DNA from: Patescibacteria group bacterium
Lineage (GTDB): Bacteria > Patescibacteriota > Saccharimonadia > UBA4664
NCBI GenBank assembly: GCA_028288925.1
Contig: JAQGHG010000021.1
Location: 1 to 48,744, forward strand
Direction of reading: 5' to 3'
DNA: 48,744 nucleotides
Positions 19,251-27,036 of the stretch are shown in pieces; within the stretch, counting starts at the first letter, position 1, and every line of letters starts with the position of its first letter. The position numbers and the translations under genes are program-made. The notes beneath the pieces were generated by a model. It was not told the origin of the DNA. It saw only the letters and a list, made by a program, of their open reading frames with translations, and did no database searches.

Positions 19251-19820
19251 ATGAAGATCCAAATTATTATTGGCAGTACACGACCAAACCGCCTAGGGCC
19301 ACAGATCGCCGGCTGGATGATCGGGCACATGCCGCACGATCCGTCGGTCGAGTACGAGCTGATCGACCTCATCGACTTTAACCTCCCTCTCTTCAATGAG
19401 CCGGTCCACCCGGTCCACAACAATTACACCCATGACCACACGAAGAACTGGAGCCAGAAGATACACCAGGGCGACGCCTTCATCTTTCTAACGCCGGAAT
19501 ATAACGCTGGTTATCCAGCCGCGTTGAAGAATGCGATCGATTACCTCTTTCACGAATGGCGGAATAAACCCGTCATGATAGCAAGTTATGGGGTGAAAGG
19601 CGGCCCCTCGGCTTCTTCCCAGCTGCGCGCCGTCGCCGAACGGCTTACTATGCGCCCGACTCCGACTAGTCCCGCGTTCACTGTCCTGCGAGAATCCGGC
19701 GAGAGTGGTCATATTAAGGGTATTGAGGCCTCATTCGCGCCATATGAGGCGGACGTAAAGACAGCTGGCCGGGAGCTAATCGAGTTGGTCGTGACGACGC
19801 CGCAAGTGCAGACAGTATAG
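19251..19820 (+). CDS. NADPH-dependent FMN reductase
   Basis: IIGSTRPNR, TPEYNAGYPAALKNAIDYL..EW..KP. Confidence 0.92.
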   Translation: MKIQIIIGSTRPNRLGPQIAGWMIGHMPHDPSVEYELIDLIDFNLPLFNEPVHPVHNNYTHDHTKNWSQKIHQGDAFIFLTPEYNAGYPAALKNAIDYLFHEWRNKPVMIASYGVKGGPSASSQLRAVAERLTMRPTPTSPAFTVLRESGESGHIKGIEASFAPYEADVKTAGRELIELVVTTPQVQTV

Positions 19821-19931
19821 CAAATAATTTCTGGGGTGGAGCCACCCCGCATGTTTCGAACCGAGTGCTTTAAGGATGTAACGCACATAGTACAAGACCT
19901 CAAGTTTCGCTCGGTTACCATCATGCGTTAA
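19821..19931 (+). repeat. Junction repeat J6 (degenerate, hairpin arm lost)
   Basis: AATAATTTC-TGGGGTGG, then a frame (shifted +1) reading MFRTECFKDVTHIVQDLKFRSVTIMR*, homologous to the J1-J3 tails. Confidence 0.7.
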
Positions 19932-19940
19932 AATTATTTC

Positions 19941-20456
19941 ATGAATAGACTTATCTTCGTAACTGGTGCATCCGGTTCGGGAAAAACAACGGCCCTCAAA
20001 CAACTTGAACAAACTATTGGTGACTCATATACGTTCTTCTACTTCGATAGCGTTGGTGTGCCAACGCCTAAAGAAATGGAGAAGCAATACGGTTCGGGCG
20101 AAGAGTGGCAGAGACAGACGACAATTTTCTGGACGAAGAAAATGATGGAAAGAGCCGGTGATACAGTTCCTGTTTTGGACGGACAAATGCGATTGGCGTT
20201 CATTACTGATGCCTGCACCGCTAACGGTGTCAGCGACTACACCATCATATTGGTAGATTGTGACGATGCAGCCCGGCGTGCACGACTGGTCGGAAGGGCA
20301 CAAGAAGAACTGGCAAATGAGCAGATGATGAACTGGGCACGCTATTTGCGGGATGAAGCAAACTCGTCACAGCACGCGGTCATCATAGATAATTCGGCGA
20401 TGACGGTTGACCAAACGTGTTCTGCTTTACTAGAGATTATTGAAAAAACAAAATAA
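19941..20456 (+). CDS. P-loop NTPase / nucleoside-kinase-like protein
   Basis: IFVTGASGSGKTT Walker A, VLDG, R..RL..R lid. Confidence 0.8.
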   Translation: MNRLIFVTGASGSGKTTALKQLEQTIGDSYTFFYFDSVGVPTPKEMEKQYGSGEEWQRQTTIFWTKKMMERAGDTVPVLDGQMRLAFITDACTANGVSDYTIILVDCDDAARRARLVGRAQEELANEQMMNWARYLRDEANSSQHAVIIDNSAMTVDQTCSALLEIIEKTK

Positions 20457-20530
20457 TGCTCTGCTAAGCCGTTATTCGTGAATTAAGACTGGGGCCGGAT
20501 AGTGGACGTTAGAACCGCCCACATCCGACT
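20446..20530 (+). repeat. Junction repeat J5
   Basis: AACAAAATAATGC..AAGCCGTTATT arm, core TGGGGCCGG at 20490, tail WGRIVDVRTA (same type as J4). Confidence 0.75.
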
Positions 20531-20537
20531 CCTCCTT

Positions 20538-21668
20538 TTACGTAGTGAACAGATCGAGGTAGCGCCGGTATTCATAAACGCGTCCATAGGTCTTTTCTTT
20601 GTTGCGTGGGACCAGGACATCAAGTTTAACCAGCCGATCTATAACCTGCTGGGACCCAGCTCTGGTAAATCCAGTCCATCCCATCACCATGGCACTTGAT
20701 ACTACCGGCTGAGAGTAAAGTTTGTTCAAAACTTTCATACTGCTCTCGGACTCACGCTTTGCTAAAACTTGAATTTTTCGCATATCTTCATCGCGAATCT
20801 TGGCTATTTGATGGCATATACCGATGGCTTCTGTAGCCGTTTGGGCGACTCCTTCGGAGAAGAAATCAAGCCAGGCTTCTACTTTGCCCGCATGATATCC
20901 ATCAAGGCGGTTATAGTAGGTCTTTTGATGTCGCTTGAAGAAGCTTGAGAGGAACAATACAGGCTGCTCCAGCAGTCCATGGCGATACAGCTGTAGTGTT
21001 ATGAGTAGCCTTCCGGTTCGGCCGTTGCCATCTAGAAACGGGTAGATTGTTTCAAACTGTGCATGCATGAGCGCCGTCTGCACGAGAGGCAACGCGGCGG
21101 TTTCGTCGTGCAAGAAGTTTTCCAAATCTCCTAAGGCCCGCTTCATTTCGGCTACCGGCGGCGGCACGTACTTGGCGTCACTCGGCTTCGTCCCATCAAT
21201 CCAGTTTTGAGTTTGTCGAAAATGTCCTGGATCTGCGAAGTGGGTTGCTCTAGCTCCGAGCATCAGCTCGCGATGAAGCTCCTCAACCAGTCTCAGCGAC
21301 ATCGGCAAATCTGACAGACGGTTTATTCCATAGTGAAGCGCTTTCGTATAATGCAAAATATCATTGGCATCTGTTTCACCCTCGGCGATACCCGCCTCCA
21401 TCTCAATGGCGTCCACCATAGTAGCCTTAGTGCCCTCGATCTGGGCGGATGATGTAGCATCTTTCAGTACGAACATTTGCAAAAAGAAATCCACGTCCGG
21501 CAATTGATGGGTTGCGCCGTCTAATTTACCAACAAGTCCACGCGCCTGGTCGTACTTTTGCAAAAGTGGCAACGACAAGTTTAAGATGCCTTTTGGCGGA
21601 AAGGGGTCAGGAACAAAGGCCTTAAATCCCTCTGGCTGGGCAGTATTTGTGCCGATTGATGTATTCAT
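20538..21668 (-). CDS. Fic family protein (N-terminal inhibitory motif, C-terminal HTH) with catalytic His replaced by Tyr
   Basis: SSAQIEG inhibitory motif; FETIYPFLDGNGRTGR versus canonical HPFxDGNGR. Confidence 0.9.
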   Translation of the reverse strand: MNTSIGTNTAQPEGFKAFVPDPFPPKGILNLSLPLLQKYDQARGLVGKLDGATHQLPDVDFFLQMFVLKDATSSAQIEGTKATMVDAIEMEAGIAEGETDANDILHYTKALHYGINRLSDLPMSLRLVEELHRELMLGARATHFADPGHFRQTQNWIDGTKPSDAKYVPPPVAEMKRALGDLENFLHDETAALPLVQTALMHAQFETIYPFLDGNGRTGRLLITLQLYRHGLLEQPVLFLSSFFKRHQKTYYNRLDGYHAGKVEAWLDFFSEGVAQTATEAIGICHQIAKIRDEDMRKIQVLAKRESESSMKVLNKLYSQPVVSSAMVMGWTGFTRAGSQQVIDRLVKLDVLVPRNKEKTYGRVYEYRRYLDLFTT

Positions 21669-21764
21669 AGTTAGTATCTTTCTTAATCCGTATGTATACT
21701 AGAACATGATTTAGTATACATTACATTTTGAAAATATACTAAGTTTTCATTATTTTTTATACCA

Positions 21765-21868
21765 ATACAAAAAATAATGGCTATATGAAGCTATTATTTC
21801 GTAATAATTCCTGGAGCCGGATAGTGGACGATGTCGGAACCGCCACCCTCATGCATAAAGCGGCTTAA
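21765..21868 (+). repeat. Junction repeat J4
   Basis: ACAAAAAATAATGGC..AAGCTATTATTT..AATAATTCC arm, core TGGAGCCGG at 21812, tail WSRIVDDVGTATLMHKAA*. Confidence 0.8.
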
Positions 21869-22277
21869 GAGTGTCATCAACGATAGTTTGGGGCGTAATA
21901 AATCCCTGCCTCATATCTATTCCGAGCACACTCGCGCCCTCCTCGCAGAAGTTCACGTAGCTCTGCAACACAGGCAGCTCTGCCACATAATCAGCCGGCC
22001 AGATGAAAGCAAAGAAGCCCGGCTTTACCTCGACCAGCTCGGATCCGGCTTCACGTTCCCCGAAGTTGGCGATTTCTGCCGGCTTAAGCTCAAAATATGC
22101 TGCTTCAATATACGCGTCGACCGCGAATTGCAAGTTCAAAAAGGCGTAGTTATCAAACGGCGCATTAAAGACGCGGTTATAACCGGGAACGGTAACCTTA
22201 GTCAGCACTGCGGTCCGTCCTAGCGTAGCTTCAAGGCTGGCTTGTTTCATTAATGAACCATAAACAATGATATTCAC
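21849..22277 (-). CDS. Gamma-glutamylcyclotransferase family protein
   Basis: N-terminal IIVYGSLM, GY.RVF, ERE motif; AGGAG RBS. Confidence 0.75.
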   Translation of the reverse strand: MNIIVYGSLMKQASLEATLGRTAVLTKVTVPGYNRVFNAPFDNYAFLNLQFAVDAYIEAAYFELKPAEIANFGEREAGSELVEVKPGFFAFIWPADYVAELPVLQSYVNFCEEGASVLGIDMRQGFITPQTIVDDTLKPLYA

Positions 22278-22307
22278 GGAGAGTCTCCTTTTTATAAATT
22301 GGTTGTG

Positions 22308-22331
22308 GGGGCCCTGTCGAAACAGGGCCCC
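22308..22331. terminator. GC-rich hairpin between ligase and cyclotransferase genes
   Basis: GGGGCCCTGT-CGAA-ACAGGGCCCC; no U-run on the coding (minus) strand, so possibly stabilising rather than terminating. Confidence 0.5.
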
Positions 22332-22343
22332 TTTGTGAGTAAC

Positions 22344-23195
22344 CTAGCAACCGACTATCGGCGCAATGCTTTGCCAGTATGCTTCCAGGCAGCCATCACC
22401 ACGCCGACCCAACGGACGAATCTCCACCGTCAGCACATCGCCGTAGCGGCGCAGGCGGTAGTGCCACCAGATACTACGGAGAAACAGGTCAATGTCCAGA
22501 TTGGATACCGCCAACGGATTCAGGCGAACCGGCTGCCCCTGGTGCATCACGACATCATGCCGCGCCAACTGATTAGCGTAATCGGCCAAACTATCGAAAC
22601 CCTGGGGACCTGCGTACCGATCGGGCCGGTAGCTAGCGTTAGAGGCGGCAATGTAAGCCTGCCACCGCCGGTGGTTGGCCATGTAGTCGAGTCGCTGGAT
22701 CTCGGCTATCCACAGGGCGTTGACAACTCCGATGGCCTCCCACGGGTTGACATCAACCGTGAATTGAACCGACGAGCAACGGCATAGTTCCTCGAGCGCT
22801 GTCTGGCCATCCAGCTGGACCCACACTTGGTCACGTGGGTCACTGGACACATCGAGCAGACTATCAGCCCACAGAATTTCCGGGGCAAAGACAGGCCGCG
22901 CGTTGTAACGGGCTGCCACTCCGTAAAGCCAATTCAGCGCCTCGTGGGCCGCCCCTAGAAGCCCGTCAAAACTGCGGCATGGCCGAATGGCCAGCTCAAT
23001 CTTTTGACGACCCAGCTCCAGCGTTACCTCGCAGCCGAGCGGCCGGTTGTTGCTGGAGGCCAAGATGGCCCGGCTCACTGCCTGCGTGATGGGCTCTCCG
23101 CTCGTGGCGTCCACGAAATCGGTCTCAATTTCGCAGCCGATCTGCGCACCAGTCGTGGTCCGACCCGTTCCGTTGGTGAAGTGCTCCAGCAACAT
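22344..23195 (-). CDS. Glutamate-cysteine ligase (GCS2)/carboxylate-amine ligase fold protein
   Basis: IGCEIE, LELG..KIEL, SSVQFTVD, VEIRP motifs. Confidence 0.65.
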   Translation of the reverse strand: MLLEHFTNGTGRTTTGAQIGCEIETDFVDATSGEPITQAVSRAILASSNNRPLGCEVTLELGRQKIELAIRPCRSFDGLLGAAHEALNWLYGVAARYNARPVFAPEILWADSLLDVSSDPRDQVWVQLDGQTALEELCRCSSVQFTVDVNPWEAIGVVNALWIAEIQRLDYMANHRRWQAYIAASNASYRPDRYAGPQGFDSLADYANQLARHDVVMHQGQPVRLNPLAVSNLDIDLFLRSIWWHYRLRRYGDVLTVEIRPLGRRGDGCLEAYWQSIAPIVGC

Positions 23196-23231
23196 GACTT
23201 GCCTCTCTGGTTGCTCTCAACTCTCGTCCGC

Positions 23232-23261
23232 AAACGAAAGCCCCTCCCGGTTGGGAGGGGC
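23232..23261 (-). terminator. Attenuator terminator upstream of the ligase gene
   Basis: Minus strand GCCCCTCCC-AACC-GGGAGGGGC-TTTCGTTT. Confidence 0.75.
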
Positions 23262-23288
23262 CTAACTTTGTCTTATGACAGCATCAAA

Positions 23289-23348
23289 TCAGGCCGCTCC
23301 CCAGCGGTTATAAGAGATTAGATGAAGATGATGCTGACGTGGACTCAT
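23289..23348 (-). CDS. Putative leader peptide MSPRQHHLHLISYNRWGAA
   Basis: AAGGA RBS; its 3' end TGGGGAGCGGCCTGA is complementary to the terminator 5' arm TTAGGCCCCTCCCA. Confidence 0.6.
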   Translation of the reverse strand: MSPRQHHLHLISYNRWGAA

Positions 23349-23608
23349 AACTTTTCCTTAAAAACAAAGACCTTGAACGCATGGCACGGAAGTGCCCATG
23401 TATCCAAGGAACGAGAGGTAAATAAAAAGGACCTCCCGCGGTCCCATCCTTGTTCCTAAACCATCTCTGGCTTAGGCGCTCAGGCCGGCTCCGCTACTGC
23501 GACATCGGCTGCTTTATTTTACGGTTTGGCTTCCGTAGTGCATTTTGGCACTCAGCTCGCGGATCGTGACTCCGCTCAGACGCTTTATACATATTTAGCT
23601 GTTGACTC

Positions 23609-23637
23609 AACGTAACAGGCATAGGCCACTCTGTCAA
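23609..23637 (-). promoter_or_regulatory. Putative sigma70 promoter for the long leader
   Basis: TTGACA-N17-TACGTT with TGn extension. Confidence 0.5.
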
Positions 23638-23675
23638 TAGGAGTGACTCGAGCCCCATGATGGATTCGTATTTTA

Positions 23676-23817
23676 AACAAAAAATAACGGCTCCGTGAAG
23701 CCATTATTCCATAATAATTCCTGGGGCGAGCTAGGATTCAAGTTTCGAACAAGTTGCTTCGCCGAGATTTGCGCGATGGTGAACGATATTAGGCTTAAGT
23801 CGGTTCTTAATGCTTGA
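23676..23817 (+). repeat. Junction repeat J3
   Basis: Hairpin arm, TGGGGCGAG at 23722, tail WGELGFKFRTSCFAEICAMVNDIRLKSVLNA*. Confidence 0.9.
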
Positions 23818-24613
23818 GCCTTAGATTAACATTCTGGAAGCTTAGACCATCCTCGTCTTGGTAGCTTTGGCCGTCTTCGGTAAAGCCTGCATTTTTGAGG
23901 AGTTTGGCCGAGCCAGCGTTTTCCGTAAGGTAACGGGAGTACAAATATTCGTACTGACTACCGTTTTTCAGCCGTTCAACGAGAGTTTTAATGACAGCTC
24001 CCCCAATGCCTTGGCCGCGCACGCTAGGGTCGCCTAGCATGATGTGAATGGATGGCGCGAGGAGATACTGAGTGGCGTCTAAGCTGAGCCAAACCGCGCC
24101 AACAACCTTATCTTGGAACCGAATCATCCAAGTCTCTTGGTTGGTAGCTGTGATGAACTCTCTCATCCGCACCTGTTCTTCTTCCAGGGTTGAGGGTTTA
24201 TTATGCTCGTCGGTGTTGCCCATGAGTCGGAGGGTTTCGCGACCAGCTGGTCCTGCCAGCCACTTAACTGCCAACGGAGCATCTTGCTCGATATTTGGGC
24301 GCACCAGGGAAAGGTCGGCCAAGCGTGTTGATAGCTCTTTTAAGCGATAATTGGAGCCATTGGGATTACGGTCCAAGAAGCCCTGGCCAAATAGTTCACG
24401 CCTTAGCAGGGGCCAATCATTAAAGGTATGCCATCGCTTTAATATGTCGTTTACCTCTGCCTCGGTATAGGAGGTACTATATTCAGATTTGGTTGCTAAA
24501 TAAGCCAGTACCAGTAGCTGGTCCTTGTGCTTTGTAGGCCATTGCCTGACGCGACCTTTGTCATCTAAAAACTTGTGCTCATGTTGTTTATTCATGGCTT
24601 GCGGCTTGTTCAT
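23807..24613 (-). CDS. DUF2087 + GNAT acetyltransferase fusion
   Basis: N-terminal WP.K..YTEAEVN..L...DW..LRREL (DUF2087); C-terminal RGQGIG and N..S.KLL...GF (GNAT). Confidence 0.8.
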   Translation of the reverse strand: MNKPQAMNKQHEHKFLDDKGRVRQWPTKHKDQLLVLAYLATKSEYSTSYTEAEVNDILKRWHTFNDWPLLRRELFGQGFLDRNPNGSNYRLKELSTRLADLSLVRPNIEQDAPLAVKWLAGPAGRETLRLMGNTDEHNKPSTLEEEQVRMREFITATNQETWMIRFQDKVVGAVWLSLDATQYLLAPSIHIMLGDPSVRGQGIGGAVIKTLVERLKNGSQYEYLYSRYLTENAGSAKLLKNAGFTEDGQSYQDEDGLSFQNVNLRLKH

Positions 24614-24692
24614 GGATAAGGGCCATCTTCATAGATAGATTGTACCTTACTGGAGCCATTTGGGTTCGAAACCCATGAGGGTTGTTGACTTA

Positions 24693-24837
24693 AACAAAAA
24701 ATAATGGCTGTACAAAGCCATTATTTTACAATAATTCCTGGGGCGAGCTAGGGTTCAAGTTTCGAACAGAGTGCTACGCCGCAGTTTGTGCGATCGTGAA
24801 TGATATTAGGTTTCGTTCAGTATTAAGCTCATCCTAA
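24693..24837 (+). repeat. Junction repeat J2
   Basis: AAAATAATGGCT..AGCCATTATTTT hairpin, TGGGGCGAG at 24739, tail WGELGFKFRTECYAAVCAIVNDIRFRSVLSSS*. Confidence 0.9.
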
Positions 24838-24926
24838 AACTTCAAATCAGGTTGAAATCTTGGGGAGGGCCTCATCCCGCGATCGAACACGGGATGAGAT
24901 GTTACTTGCCCTCGCTTGCCGTGGGA

Positions 24927-25574
24927 TTAGGCGAGTAGCGGCCGACCCATCTTGACAGCGAACGCCTGTGCCACGGTGGGCGCTTCCAGAGCCCGGTGTA
25001 CGACCATGATCGGGCCTTGAGTCGGCACAACACCGTCGCGCAGAACTCGGAGGTACCAACCGCAGAGACCGTTGGCCGCCATGCGCTTGATCATCCGGTA
25101 GCGCCCGCCGCCGTAGTAGGTTTCGAGGGTCTCACATGGGGTACGCACCTTCGACACCTCGACGAGTGCCTCGCCCCACTCCCAGCGGTCACCGATGCGG
25201 ACATCGGCTTCAGAAGCACCTGCGACGCGAAGGTTTTCTCCGAGCGATCGGTTTTCCAAGCCTTCCTCGCCGAGCTCGTCGAGCCAGTGTGGGAGATGAA
25301 GTCCCCAGGGGTAGACGTAGACGGCCTTGTCGTTGCCGCCGTGGATCTGGCCGGGGTTGCCACCCTCAGTTTCCTTGGCGGTCTTGGGCCGAGTCTCGGT
25401 CGGCTGGTCGCCAGCCAGCCCGGTGAAGGTGAGGTAGAGCTCTCCCGCACCCGTGGGCTGCCGATCGATGCTTGACCAGAAAGGCTGGCCCTTCTTAGGG
25501 CCGCTGCGGTGAACGCCGATGGGTCGGGGCTGGCCGAGGCGAGTTTCGAGTAGGGTGATGGCCGGCGGCGACAT
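24927..25574 (-). CDS. MOSC domain protein (YiiM-like)
   Basis: GLAGD..HGG.DKAVY.Y, GENL, IGD..WGEA.VEVS..R.PC, GWYLRVL. Confidence 0.88.
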   Translation of the reverse strand: MSPPAITLLETRLGQPRPIGVHRSGPKKGQPFWSSIDRQPTGAGELYLTFTGLAGDQPTETRPKTAKETEGGNPGQIHGGNDKAVYVYPWGLHLPHWLDELGEEGLENRSLGENLRVAGASEADVRIGDRWEWGEALVEVSKVRTPCETLETYYGGGRYRMIKRMAANGLCGWYLRVLRDGVVPTQGPIMVVHRALEAPTVAQAFAVKMGRPLLA

Positions 25575-25685
25575 GTGTGCCTTCCAATCCAGGTTGTAGA
25601 GAACAGTAACTGCCGAATTTTATATTCTATACGATTAGTGGTCAAATAATTGTTTGGAAGAGATTATTGGGTCTTAAGTGTTGAG

Positions 25686-25822
25686 AACAAAATAATGGCT
25701 CTGAAAAGCCATTATTTTAGATAATTACTTGGGGCGAGCTAGGGTTCAAGTTTCGAACAGAATGCTACACCGCTGTTTGTGCGATGGTGAGTGATATTAG
25801 GTTCAAGTCGGTCATATCCTAA
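25686..25822 (+). repeat. Junction repeat J1
   Basis: AAAATAATGGCT..AGCCATTATTTT hairpin, TGGGGCGAG at 25730, tail WGELGFKFRTECYTAVCAMVSDIRFKSVIS*. Confidence 0.9.
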
Positions 25823-25830
25823 ACGCTGTG

Positions 25831-26907
25831 TCATTCTACGGTTTTTCGGCCGTTCCAAGTGCTTTCTTTAATAGCGGGCTGAGTAATTTCGACGATTTCG
25901 CGGGGGTTGATCTTGCCAAAAACATAACTTTCAATGTCGTCACCCCATTTATGCTCCACCGTTTGCCCGTCAATGTCCACCTTAACACCGGCATCAGGGC
26001 TGCGATCCTGCAGCTGCTGAAGCCACGATGGGGTCCGAACGGCGTGCTCGCGATAGGACACAATGTCTATTTTTGGAACTTCAAGCTTCAAAAGATAAAA
26101 CTTACGTTCTTCACCGCGCTTGCCATACTGCCGCCCTACGGCGGTCGCAATATCCTCATGCCCACTCACGGACAAAAATGGTGTAGCCGGATGCTCGCCG
26201 TGGAAGTGCCGCTCAACGGCCTCACCCGTCCAAGCTGATAGAGCCACGGCTTCGAAGTCTTCCTGTGGCTGATCGGAATCCGCGATAATGGTACTGAGAG
26301 GCGAAAGAAGACCATTCTCCCGTACGGACTGGAGTTCTTCGTCGGTGAGCCGAGTGCCGCGATACAAGATTTTCGTGCCCAACTCAGCTTTGAACTGTTC
26401 GCGAGCGCCTTGGTAATCTGGCGCGGTAATTCCGCCTGATTCGACCAGGGCCATGAACTCGGGAAGATGGGTCATAAAACCTGGGTCAAGGCTCAGCTGG
26501 CCGTATTGAGGATATTTTTCTCGGAGTTCGCCATAGGCTGTTTGCTCTTCTGGGCTCCCCCAGCCGCCCGTAGTTTTCCGCCATTGGTTGTCTCCGTAGG
26601 CTTCGCCGGAATAGTCCGCCATTACGGCACTCAGAAGCTCGTCTCGAGTGTGATGGGCTGGGTCCTCAAGCACGTCGAGTAACTGTTTTTGCTCTTCCGG
26701 GCCGCCCGTTTCGACTACGGCCTCATCTCTGCCGCGCAGACCGCGTCGTCGTCGCTCAAGGTTGCGAGGCGGCTTCGGGGTGCGCTCAGGCTGATCCGGT
26801 TCCTCGCGGGTTTGTTCTTGCTGCGCTAACGACAGTAAGGCGGTGTAATCCACGGACGGACCGCTTGGCTGATTTGGCTGGTTATTTTCGGTTTCTGCGT
26901 TTGCCAT
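25831..26907 (-). CDS. Hypothetical protein with putative C-terminal ADP-ribosyltransferase (R-S-E) domain
   Basis: Start ATG 26907 with AAGGGA RBS; LYRG, PFLSVS and DIESYVFGKI motifs in ART order. Confidence 0.55.
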   Translation of the reverse strand: MANAETENNQPNQPSGPSVDYTALLSLAQQEQTREEPDQPERTPKPPRNLERRRRGLRGRDEAVVETGGPEEQKQLLDVLEDPAHHTRDELLSAVMADYSGEAYGDNQWRKTTGGWGSPEEQTAYGELREKYPQYGQLSLDPGFMTHLPEFMALVESGGITAPDYQGAREQFKAELGTKILYRGTRLTDEELQSVRENGLLSPLSTIIADSDQPQEDFEAVALSAWTGEAVERHFHGEHPATPFLSVSGHEDIATAVGRQYGKRGEERKFYLLKLEVPKIDIVSYREHAVRTPSWLQQLQDRSPDAGVKVDIDGQTVEHKWGDDIESYVFGKINPREIVEITQPAIKESTWNGRKTVE

Positions 26908-26993
26908 GCTTTTGTCCCTTTGCTTTAGATATAGACTAGCATAAGCTCGTAAGATTACCGTTCGTGACCTATTTGTGTTTTTGTTCGATAAAT

Positions 26994-27036
26994 AACAAAA
27001 AACGGCTTTATAAAGCCGTTTTAAGCATAAGTGCAT
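26994..27036 (-). terminator. tRNA-His terminator, homologous to the hairpin arm of the junction repeats (J0)
   Basis: AAAACGGCTTT-AT-AAAGCCGTTTT; GGC-to-core distance 33 nt, as in J1-J5. Confidence 0.75.

Noticed and set aside
23540-23590. glmS ribozyme or TPP riboswitch in the long leader
   Set aside because: AAAGCG and GCTGAG resemble fragments only; the remaining conserved cores are absent
23676-25822. CRISPR array
   Set aside because: Repeats are ~140 bp, imperfect and separated by whole genes; no cas genes
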